Assembly (NCBI RefSeq): GCF_000181795.1
Contig: NW_003526944.1
Span: forward strand, 4,076,934-4,124,586
DNA: 47,653 nucleotides
From: Trichinella spiralis
Taxonomy: Eukaryota
Direction of reading: 5' to 3'
Shown here: one piece after another, positions 20,928-34,815 of the stretch
Numbering within the stretch: position 1 is the first letter of the stretch
Layout: every line of letters begins with the position of its first letter
Translations under genes and position numbers: made by a program
Notes under the pieces: generated by a model
Seen by the model: the letters and a program-made list of their open reading frames with translations, nothing else
Databases searched by the model: none
What the model was told of the DNA's origin: nothing

Positions 20928-23900
20928 TATTTTATGAAAGATAAAAACTGATGCGCGTTTGAAATCAGTCTATAAGAAACTACAACGTCATGGTAATTGT
21001 AAATTGAATCTGTGAAAACGAATCGACAGTTTGTTTTGACGTTCAGATTTTAGCAGATTTAATTTCAAATTCAGCTTGGCCGTTATGTAATAATAAACAA
21101 TACAGGGATAGTAGCTGAATAAATACAGGCAGTTTAAATTTTCGACCACAGATAGTGTTTCATATTGTGTATTGAAATTTAAATGCAGTTCTATTGCAAT
21201 TGTTTAAAAAAAAACTTCAAACAGATTTTCTTTTGCATTCAGAACTACTTTTTTATAAAGTAATTTGAATGAAAATTTTGCATATATTTAAAAAATCAAT
21301 TATTATTTTATAATCGCTTTGTAGAATGATGTTTTATCAATAAAATAAAATTTTACCGATTGAAAAATCATTTCTTATTTAATATTTAAAGTAAAATTTA
21401 ATCAAACAATTTCAAAACGTTCAATTTATCAATTGAAAGTTTAATTTTAATAAAACTTGATTTTTTAAGTCTTACTGTATTAATTGCAAGATGAATATTT
21501 TAGTTTGAAATGAAATATGGTAAAACGGTTCTAAATGGAAAAGAAAATGAATTAGTAACTAACAAGGTAAGTTCATATTTGTTAGTATATTCAGTATGTA
21601 TCAAAGCTTAAAATTTTGATATGTGTTTATTTAACTTTATTTGAGTTTTTACGAAAATTAAAAAATGTAATTATATGTTTCATTAATATTATTTAAATTT
21701 TCTTGTTTGATTGCATCATTTTATATTATTATTGAAATTGAAATATTTTTTGGTTGCTTTGTGCAATTTTTTTGATAATTTTAATGCATTTTCATATGTG
21801 GTGTATGAAATAAAATTAAGAAAAACTAACATTTCATCAACATAAATTGCGTTAAATATCACTGACATATGTAAACGTAGAGGTTATTTGAATTGCTATT
21901 ATTGTGAATAAGGTAATGCACGTTATGATAGAGATGTTCAATTATTGATTTTATTCGAAAGTTGTTTACATTTGTAACGTTGAGCTTTTGGTTATTAGCT
22001 GTGAGTGTTGTGTTTTAATTGCATTTTTCGTAAAACAAATTTTCAACATGTTTGGTCAAACATATTAAAACAGCATCGGAAGAATATTTTTTTATATAAT
22101 TCGAATTTTTTTGTTGATTGGCTATTTATTCCATTGTCAGGCTTTGAATTTGACGTAATCCAGACACGACACCCTAGATAACGTTCAAGTTAGCAGTCAA
22201 CTGATAATTAATTGTATAAAATGAGATTTAGTCAGTGTACAATAATAATAATAATAATTCTTGATGAGCTTCAGTGAATTTTTCTGCTGTTATTTGTATT
22301 TCATTTTACAGTAACGTTTCAGTAATAATAATACATTTTTTTGAATAATTTTTATCTTTGCTTGGTTGATTTGAGAACGCTCCGATAATGATGAGCATGT
22401 TTGAAATGAATGATTACTTTTGTTTCATCTCATCATCTTGGTTTGTCTAGTTTGCATGTGCTAAATGAATATGCGTGACCTTTGCTTGTCATTTTTGAGA
22501 AGAAGACGACAATTCGTGTATGTGTGTTTGTAAAACTTGAAGGTCACAGTTTTAATATGTTGACGGCAAGTTTCGTTTGTCTAAAAGCCGGATCAGCTCT
22601 AGTTGATAAGCGGAAATTGACGTTGAAACTTTTCATTTTCAAAATTCCCCAAACAAGATCAAACAGTAAATCAATTTGCATTTGCATAATTTAACTTCAG
22701 TATGCTGACCGTTGAAGCATAGAAATTGAGAAAAACAAAAGAGCTGCTTATTTATCATTATTATTATATATATTGGCTCATGTTTTAGCATTTTTCGAGT
22801 GCCGCCCTGTGCCAATTTTGTGTCAGTTCTACATCGGCATTGTTGCACACGGTCATGTCAAGCAAGATGTGCATTTTCCTGTAGAAAGTAAGGTAATTAT
22901 TAAAAAAATAAATAATTAATATTTTTAAATGTTATGAATAGTTAGTTGGTGGTTCAGTTCATAAAGAAAAGTCACTAATTGGATTATTGATCGTCGCTCG
23001 ATTTGCGCTATTCACACTGGCTAGACGTGCAAAGTTCCATGTCAGATATTTGTCGACGTCGACGAACTGCAATTTTCAAGATGGAAAAGTAAGTTGTTAT
23101 GAATTTAATCAAATTTTTTTTAAATATGCATGCATATTTCTTAAAAAGTAATATGTGGTGAAACATGCGTGTGAATTTCCTTTCTGAAATTTCATATCAT
23201 TACGTGAGTATATTCGATACATTTTCATAATTTGCCTGTTGCAGATCAATTTTCCCCAATTTCTTTCATGGCTCATTTTAATGCTTCTGTTTTATATGCG
23301 TTCTTTCAAACGTGACAAATTTTTTTGCACCTATAATGAGAAAGTTATTAAACAGGAAAATTTGTGTTGCGCTTGGTTGTTCGAATTCAAATTATTTCAA
23401 ATGTTCAAATTGAACTGTTTGAAATATTGAACTTCTTTTCTTTAATTTATTGCAGAGAAATGATGTGAAATACGCCATGTTTTTTCACAACAGTTTCGTT
23501 ACAGTTTTCAAAGTTTGCATAAATGAAATTTAGGTCATTAACCAAATTTTCTTTTGAACTTTTCCAATGTTCATCTTGTAGTAGCTTTGATTTGTTTTAT
23601 TTTTTGCAATATCATAAATGTTAGAGAAAGTTATTTGTTTAATTTAAAATTTTTAAATACATATTTTGATATTCAGATTTAATAGTTGTTTGTTTTGGCT
23701 TTTTCAAAGTTTTATTTTCCATTGATTTTGTTGCACTTCACTGTTTCTGGAGGAAAATGAATAGGTGGACAGATTTTTTAAATCTAATTTTAGAATAGAA
23801 TAAATTTTCACTAACTCAATTGTACTATTCGAAGAGAATAATAATTATAATTGATGCTGATTTGAAAAGAAAAGAATGAAATGAAAGTGACGTTTCTGCT

Positions 23901-24379
23901 AATTGTATAAACAGTTATGCATATATATACATGTGCGTATATCTTTCAATATACCGAATATGTAAATAGGTATGTTTACCATATTAACGCAATTGAACTA
24001 AATTAGAATGTCACAACTGTCTTTTGTATAAGCAGCTGACGTCAATTTGTTGCTTTAAGCTTATCTCATGTGTCGTATTGGTGTAAATTTTAAATTTTAT
24101 TTGTTATTACATGTGAATTTCTTGTTTTTAAAGTAATTTCATTGTATAGCAGTTTAATAAACTGATAGGTTATGGATGAAATTTCCACTTGCATTGTGCG
24201 AATGAATTTTAATTTCAATATTTTTCTATTTTTAATGGTTATCAATAAGTATAGGATGCATTCGATTGAACTGTATGCATATTGTTTTTTCATCTTCCAT
24301 TTTCTGTTATTTCATTTAACGCAAATAAGAATTTGAGCTAATGAAATTGGTTATTCACTTTTTTAAATTAAAGCTATTC

Positions 24380-24560
24380 TTTTTTAGTACCTGTGTTTTC
24401 CATTTGAATATAAGAATAGAATAGAAGCATAGCCAATTCTGCGTAAGATACTTTTTTCCATACAATAAAATCTCTTTCTGATAGGCGCACGAATAATCTA
24501 AAAATAAGTTGAAAAAAAAGAAAAATATATTAATAATAATGTCACAAAAAATAATTATAT
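24380..24560 (-). pseudogene. Inverted, degenerate copy of one GRAM-domain exon plus flanking intron of the downstream GRAMD1 gene
   Basis: DYSCAYQKEILLYGKKYLTQNWLCFYSILIFKWKTQ vs DYSCAYQKEILLHGRMYLSQNWLCFYSNIFKWETQ at 26416-26520. The upstream intron sequence is also shared. Confidence 0.85.
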
Positions 24561-25411
24561 TCAATTGTGATATATTTTAATAAGGAAGTTGAGCATGTTG
24601 AAATTTTGAAAGTTTGTAGGCGCGTGCTTGTTCTCTTTGCTTTATTATAAATTTTTTAAATTTTTTCTAAGACTAACAGGAAGAAGACGACAACAAAATT
24701 TGTGCTATTAATAAGCTAATTTAAGACGTAATCGTCGTTCGCGTGATTTTTGTTTTCACATTTTACACGAACGTGTTCTCTCATCAGAATGACAACAGAT
24801 TTAACAATTCGGTTTGTTTGTTTGTTTGTTTTTTTATTTTAATGAAATTAAATTGTTCATTCTTATGAGGGAAGCAAGAGAGAAGTTTTTGAATTTTCCA
24901 AATTCGACCCTTCATCCTTTTTGTACTTTTTCATTCATTGCGTGTGATCTATTTTTAATTTCAAATTTGTATATTGTTTCACTGAAGGAAAATTTAATTT
25001 ATTCAATTTTTCAGAAAAATTTTTCCCAAATTTTGTGTCACAATCACAGATTTGTAATATATTGAGAAGATCTGCTCAATATTCAAGGATTTTTATTTTG
25101 ATGGCAGAAAGGAGGGAGGGAAGAGGTGGGGGGGGGGAGTGTAAAATGTTTAAATTAATTAATTATTAATTGCTTTTTCGTTTTTTTTCTCATATCTGTG
25201 CGTAGGTGTAAGTAGAATAATGATATTATTATTATTATTATTTTTGTCGCTAGGTCGAAGTGATATTGATTCGGTTTATTTTTATATGTGTGTGTGTGTG
25301 CATGTATGCAGAAGGGCAAGAAGGGGGGGAGGGGGAGGGGGTTACATAAAAGTAAATATTGCATCGCTATTTGATTGCTTGTTCGACGACGGTGCTGATA
25401 GGTGTTAGCCT

Positions 25412-28400
25412 ATGGGCAATTTAGCCGTTCGTTGTTCGACAAATGGTGAGTGCAATTTTGCAACGAGTCGATTTTGCTAAGCTTCTCTTCTTCAACATTG
25501 TTGTTCACAGCAGACCGACTCCGTGTAGATTCATGCTTTTCAAGTCAGCTGTTCACGGCTGCATTCATTCTTTAGCTAACTTTTAGTTTTCAGCCTTTTA
25601 TTATTTATTTTTTCTTTCACTCGATATTATATCCAACACGCTGAAGAGAGCTGCGAGTGAAAATGAATAATTTTTGAAATTTATTACATTTTTACAAATT
25701 CATTCATTCATTTATCCTAGTAGGTCGAAGTTATTTATATTATATTTTATTTTATTTTATTTATAGCAAAACAGCAACTGACAGTAGTGATCAAGCTTGT
25801 TCAACTTTTGCAATGGCTCGCACTGGACAGTTTCCTGCAATCGCCTGTGCATGCCAGTCGGTTTCTTCGACAAATTTAGATGCCACGATCAAAGACAGGT
25901 AGATGCAGTGTTTTTTTTGTTTTGTTGCTAATTTCATTTTAATATTTCGTTTGCTTGTCTTCCATTTCAGGAGATTTTTCTCGGGCACGTTTCTTTCTTC
26001 TTCTGACACGATGGAGAAGAGCTCGAAAAGCAGCTCCACACCGTCTGCTGGCAGACGTTCCAGGCAGCGCAGGACGGCGGAGAAGAAGAATTCCGTTGGC
26101 GGCAGTGTTGGTCAGTTGTCATTGTTAGCATCCACGGCCGATGGCCGCAAACGCAAATCCAAAGCTGGCACGCAACTGAAAAATGTAAGTGATTATGCAA
26201 ATGTGCATATCAATGTTGTTGTTGTTTATCAATTTTTTTTGCAGCTTCTGGCACCAACATACAAAACGAGATGCGAAGAATTCAGGAGAGTATTCAAAGA
26301 ACCTGCAGAAAATGAAAAACTTGTAATCGGTATTCTTTCAAGCAAACTTAAATTGTTAATTATTTTTTGTGAAATTATTATTAATATGTTTTTCTTTTTT
26401 TTCAACTTATTTTAAGATTATTCGTGCGCCTACCAGAAAGAGATTTTATTGCATGGAAGAATGTATCTTTCGCAGAATTGGCTATGCTTCTATTCGAACA
26501 TATTCAAATGGGAAACACAGGTACAGACGGTGGAAATTATTTTTTTTCTCTCTTTGATTCACTCTTCTCAGTGAATATTATTTTTTCTGTGGTTTAAGGT
26601 AACTATCCGGTACAAAGACATTGTCGCCGTAACCAAAGAGAGAACTGCGAAAATAATTCCCAACGCTATTTATGTAAGTTTTTTGTTTTCTTTTCAAACG
26701 CTTTAATTAAACATTTCAAATTATGAAGTTATGATTATTGCAGTTTATTTTTCTGGAAGGGTTTGAAAGAATTTTTTTTCTGAAAGAGGGAAACAAGTAT
26801 GATCATTTTGCATTATAATTGATTATTATTTATTATTATTAGTGTTGCATCCATCATTACATTATTTATTACATGCGAAAATGTTCAATTTGAATGGCAA
26901 ATTCAGAATATTCTTTACGCAAGAGAAAATTGTTTTAAAAAGTCCATAAATGTGCAATATCTTTAAGTATATTTTGAAAAAAATTTTTGTTTTTGATAGA
27001 TAACTTTGTTCAGTTTGAGAATTAGTTTATTTATGGTAAAAATTGTTATTTATAAATTTGAATTTTTTTTGTTCATTTTATTCTTCATTTATACATTTGC
27101 AGTACTTCTTGTAGTTGTAATGATTTCGAGCAGATTTTAATGTTGTTTGTCAGAATGTTGGGCTGGTGTGCAAGTAAACGCACTGTTGAATAATTAATCA
27201 TTTTCAAATGTGGTGTGATGTGTAGTTGTGTTTGTGTATGATTTGGAAATTCGCAAACAAGCAGCGGCGGCTTGCTATTCGCTTTCAACTTCACTTATAT
27301 AAATAAGCCTATTCATTTTCCAATGCCGTAAAATGCAACAACCAATTCATTATTATTATTATTATTTTTATTACTGTTATCATTTTCCCATATCGGACCA
27401 TTTTGAAATTATTTACTTACACCTAATAGACGATGCGCAACGCTTTTTCGATTGATTGAATATAGCGTCGCTTAATTTGATTTAAATATGAGCAAAAATT
27501 AATTTTCAATATTCTTTCCTCATCTTTTCCTCATTTCAGTGAAGGTTTTTATTCTTTTGTTTTTCAGGTAGTTACGAATACAAATGAAAAACTGTTTTTT
27601 ACCTCTTTTTCTGCTCGAGATAAAACATTCATGATGCTGTTTCGACTTTGGCAGTACGCTCTGCTTGATCAAGTGAGTAATTGAAACAATCTAATAATAA
27701 TAATAATAATAATAATTGTTATTAATATTTGCATTCTTCGAAATAAAAAAAACGATATATAATTATTCTTTGTTGCTTACCTTTCATTTTTTTGCTTTGG
27801 TATTATTGCACAAAATTCCCTTTGCTTGTGCATTGCTTTTTGCTTTTTGGATGGACGAGATGATATTTCATTTAGGTTGTTTATCCTGGTGATATGTGGT
27901 CATGGGCACAACATGGATACGACGAGGCGGACCTCAGTGAATCAGAAGTAGAAGAAGAAGCGGCAGTGGCCTACGAAGAGCTCGGAGCAACTTACGGCGC
28001 AGAGATGGTGGTGAGTAGTAGCTTCTAAAACAATGATAGTAATAAGCGTGCTTTAATTATTTTTACGTATTTACTTTCCCATTGCTTGCTTTTTCAACGC
28101 TTGCCGGTGTGTTGTTGAATTATAATAAAAATATTGTTGCAATTTGCTGATGTGGTGATGGTTGTAATTTGTTCACAATTAGGATTCGAATGTTGGAGTC
28201 GAAATAGCCTCTTCTGAACAGATACGATTTCGTAATTGTCGACAGAAAGGTTCCGGATCGACGATTCGCTCACAACCACCACCACCATCGTCACATCTGA
28301 GCTTGACCAACAAGCCGGCGTTGGCGGTCGGCGACGGTGGTGAAAAGCCGCTGCGAACCGTGAAAAGCAACGGTGCAACCGGTGCCACAACTGCTACTGG

Positions 28401-30122
28401 GATTAGCAGCGGCAACATCAGCAGCAGCAGTAGCAGCAGCAGCAGCAACAGCAGCGGCAGAAACGGTGGCCCTGGTCTGGCACCGAAAGGAACCAAGGAC
28501 CGTCTGCATGGCAAATGTCGATCGTTGGTCGATTTCCACGGCTTGACCATGGCCGCCGCGGTGCCGGACTCGTCGTCGCCGGCGCCGGCGCGGTTCACTT
28601 CCAACGATTTGTCGGAAAACGACAACGACGACTTAGACGACGACGACGACGAAGAAGAAGCTTGCTGCCCCTGCACCACGCACAGGGGCCGAGAATTGTT
28701 GAACACGGTCTGTCCGTTGTCGGTTGACCAGCTATTTCTGTGGCTGTTCACCGATTCGGAATTTTTCCGACAGCTTCACCACGTGCGCAAAAGCAAAAGT
28801 GAGCAATTAATTATTAAAATAATAGACGACCGTGGTAAGTAGTGGATTTCAGATATGATTTTGAGCGATTGGAAAATCGATCGAACTACAAAAGCCAAAC
28901 TCAGGCAAATCAGCTATTCAGTGGCGGTGAATCATGCGCTGGCGCCGAAATCTTGCGAAGTGGTCGAAAAGCAGGTTTGACCAATTGGCAATTTTTTATA
29001 TGTAAATTTTCAATGTCATCTTCGAAACTACCAGGAATGCACGGAAGTCAGTAGAGCGGGAAAAGTGTACGTGATCAAAGTGGAAGTGCAGAATTTCGGC
29101 ATCCCCTACAGTGACGCATTCCAAGTCGATTTGACTTACTGTTTAACCAAAGTGGCGGAAAATCAGTGCCGGTTGCGTGTCAATGCTCAGGTTGTCTATC
29201 GTAAAAGTTGTTGGGGAATTGTCAAAAGTGAGAAGAAGTAACTTTTCTTTTTTTAAATTCAATTTTTCAACCCCCATCTTCATTTGTCAGGTATTATTGA
29301 AAAAAATGCCATGGTCAATATGCTTATTCATTTTTCTGAAATGGGTAAATTTGATCGATTGTGTGTTGTTTATTGTTAATATTAATATTATTTATTGCTT
29401 ATTTGCAGGGAAACTTTTGAAATTGGAATGCCATCGCCTTGGTCTCACTAGCGCTCTGCCTTCGGATCATTCAGTTGAATCAAATTCGGAAAATAAATTG
29501 CACATCCTCTCTGAAGAAGTTGAAGCTCAAGGTGGGACAGATTTTAATTGTACAAATATGATGATGATGATTTTGTGATTTTTCGCCTGTTTCAGATCAA
29601 GAATCTGAAAAATCATCTCGAGCCAAACTTGAGCATTATGCCGTGATAATAATTGCACTGTTAGTCGTAATATTTGACATTTCTGTTCTTTCATTTAAAA
29701 AGGGAAATTTTTTTTCATTTCATTTCAGATTGTGCATTCTAATACTGTTATGCTTGTGGATGCTGTTTCGGCAGAGAACTGAATATGCAGAAACATTCCA
29801 CGAACAACAACGAGCTGAGTGCAGTTTTGAGAAAATGATTTCCGAGTTTCGTCATCTTGTGATGCAAGAGTAAATAATATATATTAATCATAATTAATAA
29901 TTTCAAATCATTTTCTGATTTCGCCCTTTCAGATCGCTCATACTGCAAACAATAGTCAATTCTTCTTCTGTTCAACAGCAACTTTTGCGAAACTTGCACC
30001 AGTGGAATGAAGCTTTGCAACTGGCTGTGTCGATGCTGCAAAGTGCAAAATTGACCAATGCCGAAAACATAATATCATCGTTAACAGTTGACAAATTCAA
30101 CGCAACAACATTGTTCACGTGA
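25412..30122 (+). CDS. GRAMD1: GRAM and VASt domain protein (GRAMD1/Aster-type sterol transporter), multi-exon; both ends approximate
   Basis: PTYKTRCEEFRRVFK; GRAM domain DYSCAYQKEILLHGRMYLSQNWLCFYSNIFKWET...TKERTAKIIPNAI...FFTSFSARDKTFMMLFRLWQ; VASt domain LSVDQLFLWLFTDSEF...GIPYSDAF...CWGIVKSIIEKN; C-terminal TM segment and helical tail. Confidence 0.93.
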
Positions 30123-31356
30123 GGAACTGATTTGATGACAACTGGAGTTAAAAATCATCATCATCATCATCATCATCATATTAATTTGCTGCTTTGCTCT
30201 TTTTTGCCTTTGCAAAGTTGCTGAATGGGTAAACGTTTTTTTACAATTTATTTTTATCCACCCGTGCTTATTATTATCGATGAAAGCCGTCGCTGTTGCC
30301 ATATTTTCTTTTTCAGCATCTATATTTACATTGTGGTCTTACAGTTGAAATTTTGGAAGTAAAAAACAAATTTTTTCTCCCCTTTAACCGAAATAATATT
30401 TTCCCATTTTTCGTCATTTGCCTCCCAACTGAACTGACACACCGAATGCAAAACAACAACGCACAAAAAAAGATTGAATTTAATTAATTTAAAAAGAAGA
30501 AAACTAATAATAAAATTCGAATATGAAAATCTGCCTGCCAATGCTGTTGCTACTGCTTGATTTTATTTAAACTCGCTTTTTAGGAGATTTACAAGTTTGT
30601 GGAGGCGTGTGCCAAAGGGTTAAATCATTGGTGCACCAACAGCTTGCAATAGGTCCACCTCGTTTTTCGCAAATTCCTCTTTTATAACCGTTGCAGTGGC
30701 ACTGACGTTCACAACATTTCGCACTCGAACACAAATCGGCTGAACAGAGAAATTTTGAACAAACTGTTGAAACGAATCTTCACACAAATACGCGTAAAAT
30801 AAGAATGGCAAATGCATCATTACTACTGGTGGATACGTTTCAAGTTGAAAGGAAAAAAGTTTCATCAAAAACTGTCAAACTTACGTCCACAAGAATCGAC
30901 CGCGGCTGCTGCTGCTACTCGGACAAAATTGTGATACTTGCTGACGAGGAGAAGACAAAAAGCAGCGATAAAAATGCAAAGATTCAGTCGAACAGTCATG
31001 GCTGTTTTGCTTGGAAGCGAGAAACAGCTAGCGTGTACAGCTCGTTTGCACAATTTTGTTGTGAAATAATCAAGTTAACAATTTCAAGCTACACGGGCTT
31101 GCTCAGAGTGCGCTGTCGTCAAATTTAGAAACAACTACGTCAATAACACCTACTGTAACTCACCAAGTTGTACTTGAAAATCAATCAAGTAAGAAAGTAT
31201 GACAGTGAAGCATTTGCACAACAGTAATTTAAAAAGATATTGAATTACAATATCTTTAATTTCAAGTAAAGGAAAAGTTTTTTTTCAACCAATAATTCTT
31301 TGCTTTGCTATTCTTCAATAATAATATGAAAGAACTGCGATGAAAGTTGCGGCATA

Positions 31357-32066
31357 TGTAACAGTTGCCCTGGCCTGACCTGTCTGACTTGTTTGTTTTA
31401 TTCCAGTTTCGGCCGGAGAATATGCGAAGCCGCGGACGTGATATCCTTACGGGACCACCGTTGCATTGATTTTACCGTAAGAAGCACGTTTGCACCTGCT
31501 CATCAACATGGGGTTACGGTAGGAAGGATAAACGTGGATACCATTAATGTTGTTGGTGGCTGTACGCTGGTGGTCGGCCTTGGTGTGGTTTATAAATTGT
31601 AAAAATGTCTTGATTGCAAGAGAATGGCGATTACTATGCGCCTACGTTAACAAAGGCAGTCTGCTGATCTCTGTGGACAGCGACTACAGTGAAGTGATGC
31701 AATCATTTTTATTCGGCAGTGGAATTGTTAACGATCCAGCATGTACTACACAGCCAGTTCGGCAGTCCAGATTCGGCTAGCAGTCGGCGGTCCGCGGATC
31801 CACTACTTCGGGCGTGTTCGTCTGAAGTCGTCCTATACCGTATATATCAAGCGAGTCTTGCGTCCAAACTCAGCCACTTCCTGGATGTACAACTTAATCG
31901 ACTGGTTGCAGCCACGTTGGCGCAGACTACGCTGTCGGCGACGGGAAGTTTTTCTGGGAGAATAATCAAAGGACAGCGAAGTCAGACTGCACATTGATAC
32001 GAACTGCACCCTATCATCACCAAGGCAGCCACTAAGAAGAGCGCTTCGGCTGTACCCTGCTCAACA
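31357..32066 (-). mobile_element. Possible adjacent or nested solo-LTR fragments
   Basis: GC-richer island. On the minus strand two segments each show a TATA-like motif, AATAAA and an ACA end (plus-strand TGT at 31357 and 31606). No TSD seen. Confidence 0.3.
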
Positions 32067-32309
32067 CTCTGTAAATGTACCCTGTATATACATATATATG
32101 TATATATATATGTATGTATATATCTGTGTGTTTATATATTGTTCTTGTCTTTTTCTTGTCTTGAGTAATAAACACCGAACCTATCACGATGGTGCGATGT
32201 AACCCTGCGCTCAAAGGCGCTACACAAGTAATGAACTGTCTGTAAATGCATATCTGAAGAAGGAAGAAGAAAGGAAGGAATTGCGGAAGATGCTACTATT
32301 CCGAAGATT

Positions 32310-32920
32310 GGTTTGATCATTAATGTAGATCAGCGTTTCCACACGTCCGGACAAAGCATTTCCAGTGAGCTTATTGATTTAGTTCATTGATAACTATGGA
32401 AAACAACAGCGAATAGCATCAACGAGAGCACTCCGCTATCTGAAAAGGACCACAAATTATGGATTCCATTTTGACAAGATTGAACACACCATCAGTGGAT
32501 TTTTCCTGTGATCGCAGATCATACACGGGTTATGTTTTGATACTTTGGAACTCAACAATCAGTTGAAAGTGGAAGGAATTAAGGGCTGTGTCACCGTCAA
32601 GTACAGAAGCAGAGTACCTGGTGTTATCAGAGTTTTCTAAAGAGACAATGCACCTCAAGTGAGAATCATCGAGGAAATTATTAGGTATAAGCAAGATGAT
32701 GATATGGCACAACGACAATCAAATCGCTCTTAAATTCGCAAACAACTCGGTATATCATGTGGGAATGAGTTATTCGACGCCATTTTATGGTACTTAAACC
32801 GCACAAAGCAACGATGTTGAATTGCGATATATGACAGCAGAACAAATGGCCGCGGATATTTTAACGAAAAGCTGGTTCAAAATGGAACGTGCAATTTATC
32901 TCTCAGAAATAATAGGTATT
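32310..32920 (+). mobile_element. Degenerate Ty1/Copia RT-RNase H remnant
   Basis: Translations SVSTRPDKAFPVSLL, RALRYLKRTTNYG, DRRSYTGYV, SSTEAEYL, NDNQIAL and EQMAADILTKS, interrupted by stops and frameshifts. Confidence 0.9.
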
Positions 32921-34815
32921 GAAAATAGCTTACACAAAAACACACAGAGACAACAATGTAGGGAATTGTCTGTCAAGTATTGGAATATGTACTGCAAGTC
33001 AAGTATTGTGCAAGTATTGGAATATGTTGTCGACCTTTTGTTAGGATTAGAGTGTTGAACATTGTTAAGCCAAAATTTAAGCTTACAAGGCACTAGAAAA
33101 GCACATCCTTTAGCGTGTATATAAATAATCTATTCAGCTCGTGCGCTGGCTAGTTTCCACTGACTATCCCTCTGCGCTTGTGCTGTCTTGAGCTATGTGT
33201 TCGCTAATTTACGAAACATTAACCTTGCAATATTTCAGATCAAAAGCATATTCAGCGTTCAGCTGCCACTAACATTCAGGTGAGCAAGTGCAGTTCAACA
33301 AAAGGCGGCAATTCGGCTTGTAACAAAATTAATAACAAATCCATAAACAGTTATACATAAACATTCATTAAAATCATAATAACCCAACAGAAATGGAAAG
33401 GTATTTAGATTAACGAAGAACCATAATTTCCTGTTAAGCATTAATGACTCAAAAGGGAATTGTTCTACATTCTACATACAATACTTTATTGAATTTCAGT
33501 GAAATCGTAATAACTTTTAGCAGGTAGTAGAGTTTACCATAATGTTTCTATACCATTACGCTATAACGGAGCAAAAACGAATTTACATCATAAAAGGCAA
33601 GGTCATATTATTGTATTTCCTTGAACTTGACCTACTTTTCAAAATGCCATCTTCATAGTTATGCATACTCTTCATAGTAATATGTGTGAAGAACATCAGT
33701 CAAGAAGTGCGATAAAGCCTCCTCTTCAATATCATCGATAGTTAAAAGGTAAGTCATTTTTACAGTTGTATACTAACGATGTTTCTATGTATTACTGCAA
33801 ACGACATGTTAATTGCAAATTAATGTATTTCAGTTTCGCGCTGACTAACCTTCAGATCAGCTTTACTGCCTGCATATATAATAATTTTTGTATGATCAAC
33901 TATCCATACTAAAGAACGACTTGTTGCGTTACGTAGGAACTTAGTAGAATCTCATTTTAGAAAAAAGGATTTATGTAAGAAATATGACGTTGCAATAAAT
34001 GTTAAATAAATGAAATTGTAAATTTCATTGTACGCTAATTCTAAATCATTATCACTGACTGCAGTAGCTCAAATAAAACGCCTGAAATTCATGCAGCTTG
34101 TATTATGTAAATAGCAATCAAGTATAAATTCCATGTTCTCCATGTACTTCTGTTACTACAAAGAGCATCCTTATTGCGGAAACCACTGACAGCGTCAAAG
34201 TACATTTTAATTAAATACACTTCTATGCGAGACTATCAATCGCATACATTTTTTTGTCATTACCATCAACATCCAAATTTAGTTGATCATTTACAGCAAA
34301 ATGTCGAGAACTACACTACTAAGAATTGTGTGACGAATGTGGGGATGGATTTTGCTTTTCCTTTGATTCATCAAGGCAGTTGTTTGAAACATTTTCGTAC
34401 AGAAATCAAAATTTCATGGATTCAATAGGCTTTGCAGTATTGGGAGGAGGGGGGGGGGTAAAAAATGTTGTTTCGCAATATTTGCATTCTCCTCCCAACG
34501 TCGATACATATAAATAGATTTAATTGTTTTGCAACGCTCATGGAATACAATCTTGAGCTTGTGGAATAAACAGTTTCTAAAGTTAGAGCATTGCCTAAGT
34601 TAATGCACAGTGAAATATTTGGCTAGCAAATTTTACATTTATAGAAGAGAGAAAGTAAATATTGAGTCAGAATTGTATTCTTTTTTCATTATATTATCTA
34701 ATTCTCATTTGCGAAGCGTAATGAAGCGAAGGAATAAAGTTGGAAAAAATTTGAAATTTTAAGCATGCTATAACGGATAAATGAAAGTCAGAAACGAATT
34801 TTACATCAATAGGCG

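Noticed and set aside
28094..28751. Minus-strand ORFs with poly-Leu, poly-Ala and poly-Ser runs
   Set aside because: Antisense shadows of the AGC/GAC-repeat-rich GRAMD1 exon.
30620..31128. Overlapping 82-107-aa ORFs
   Set aside because: No recognisable domain or consistent splice structure.
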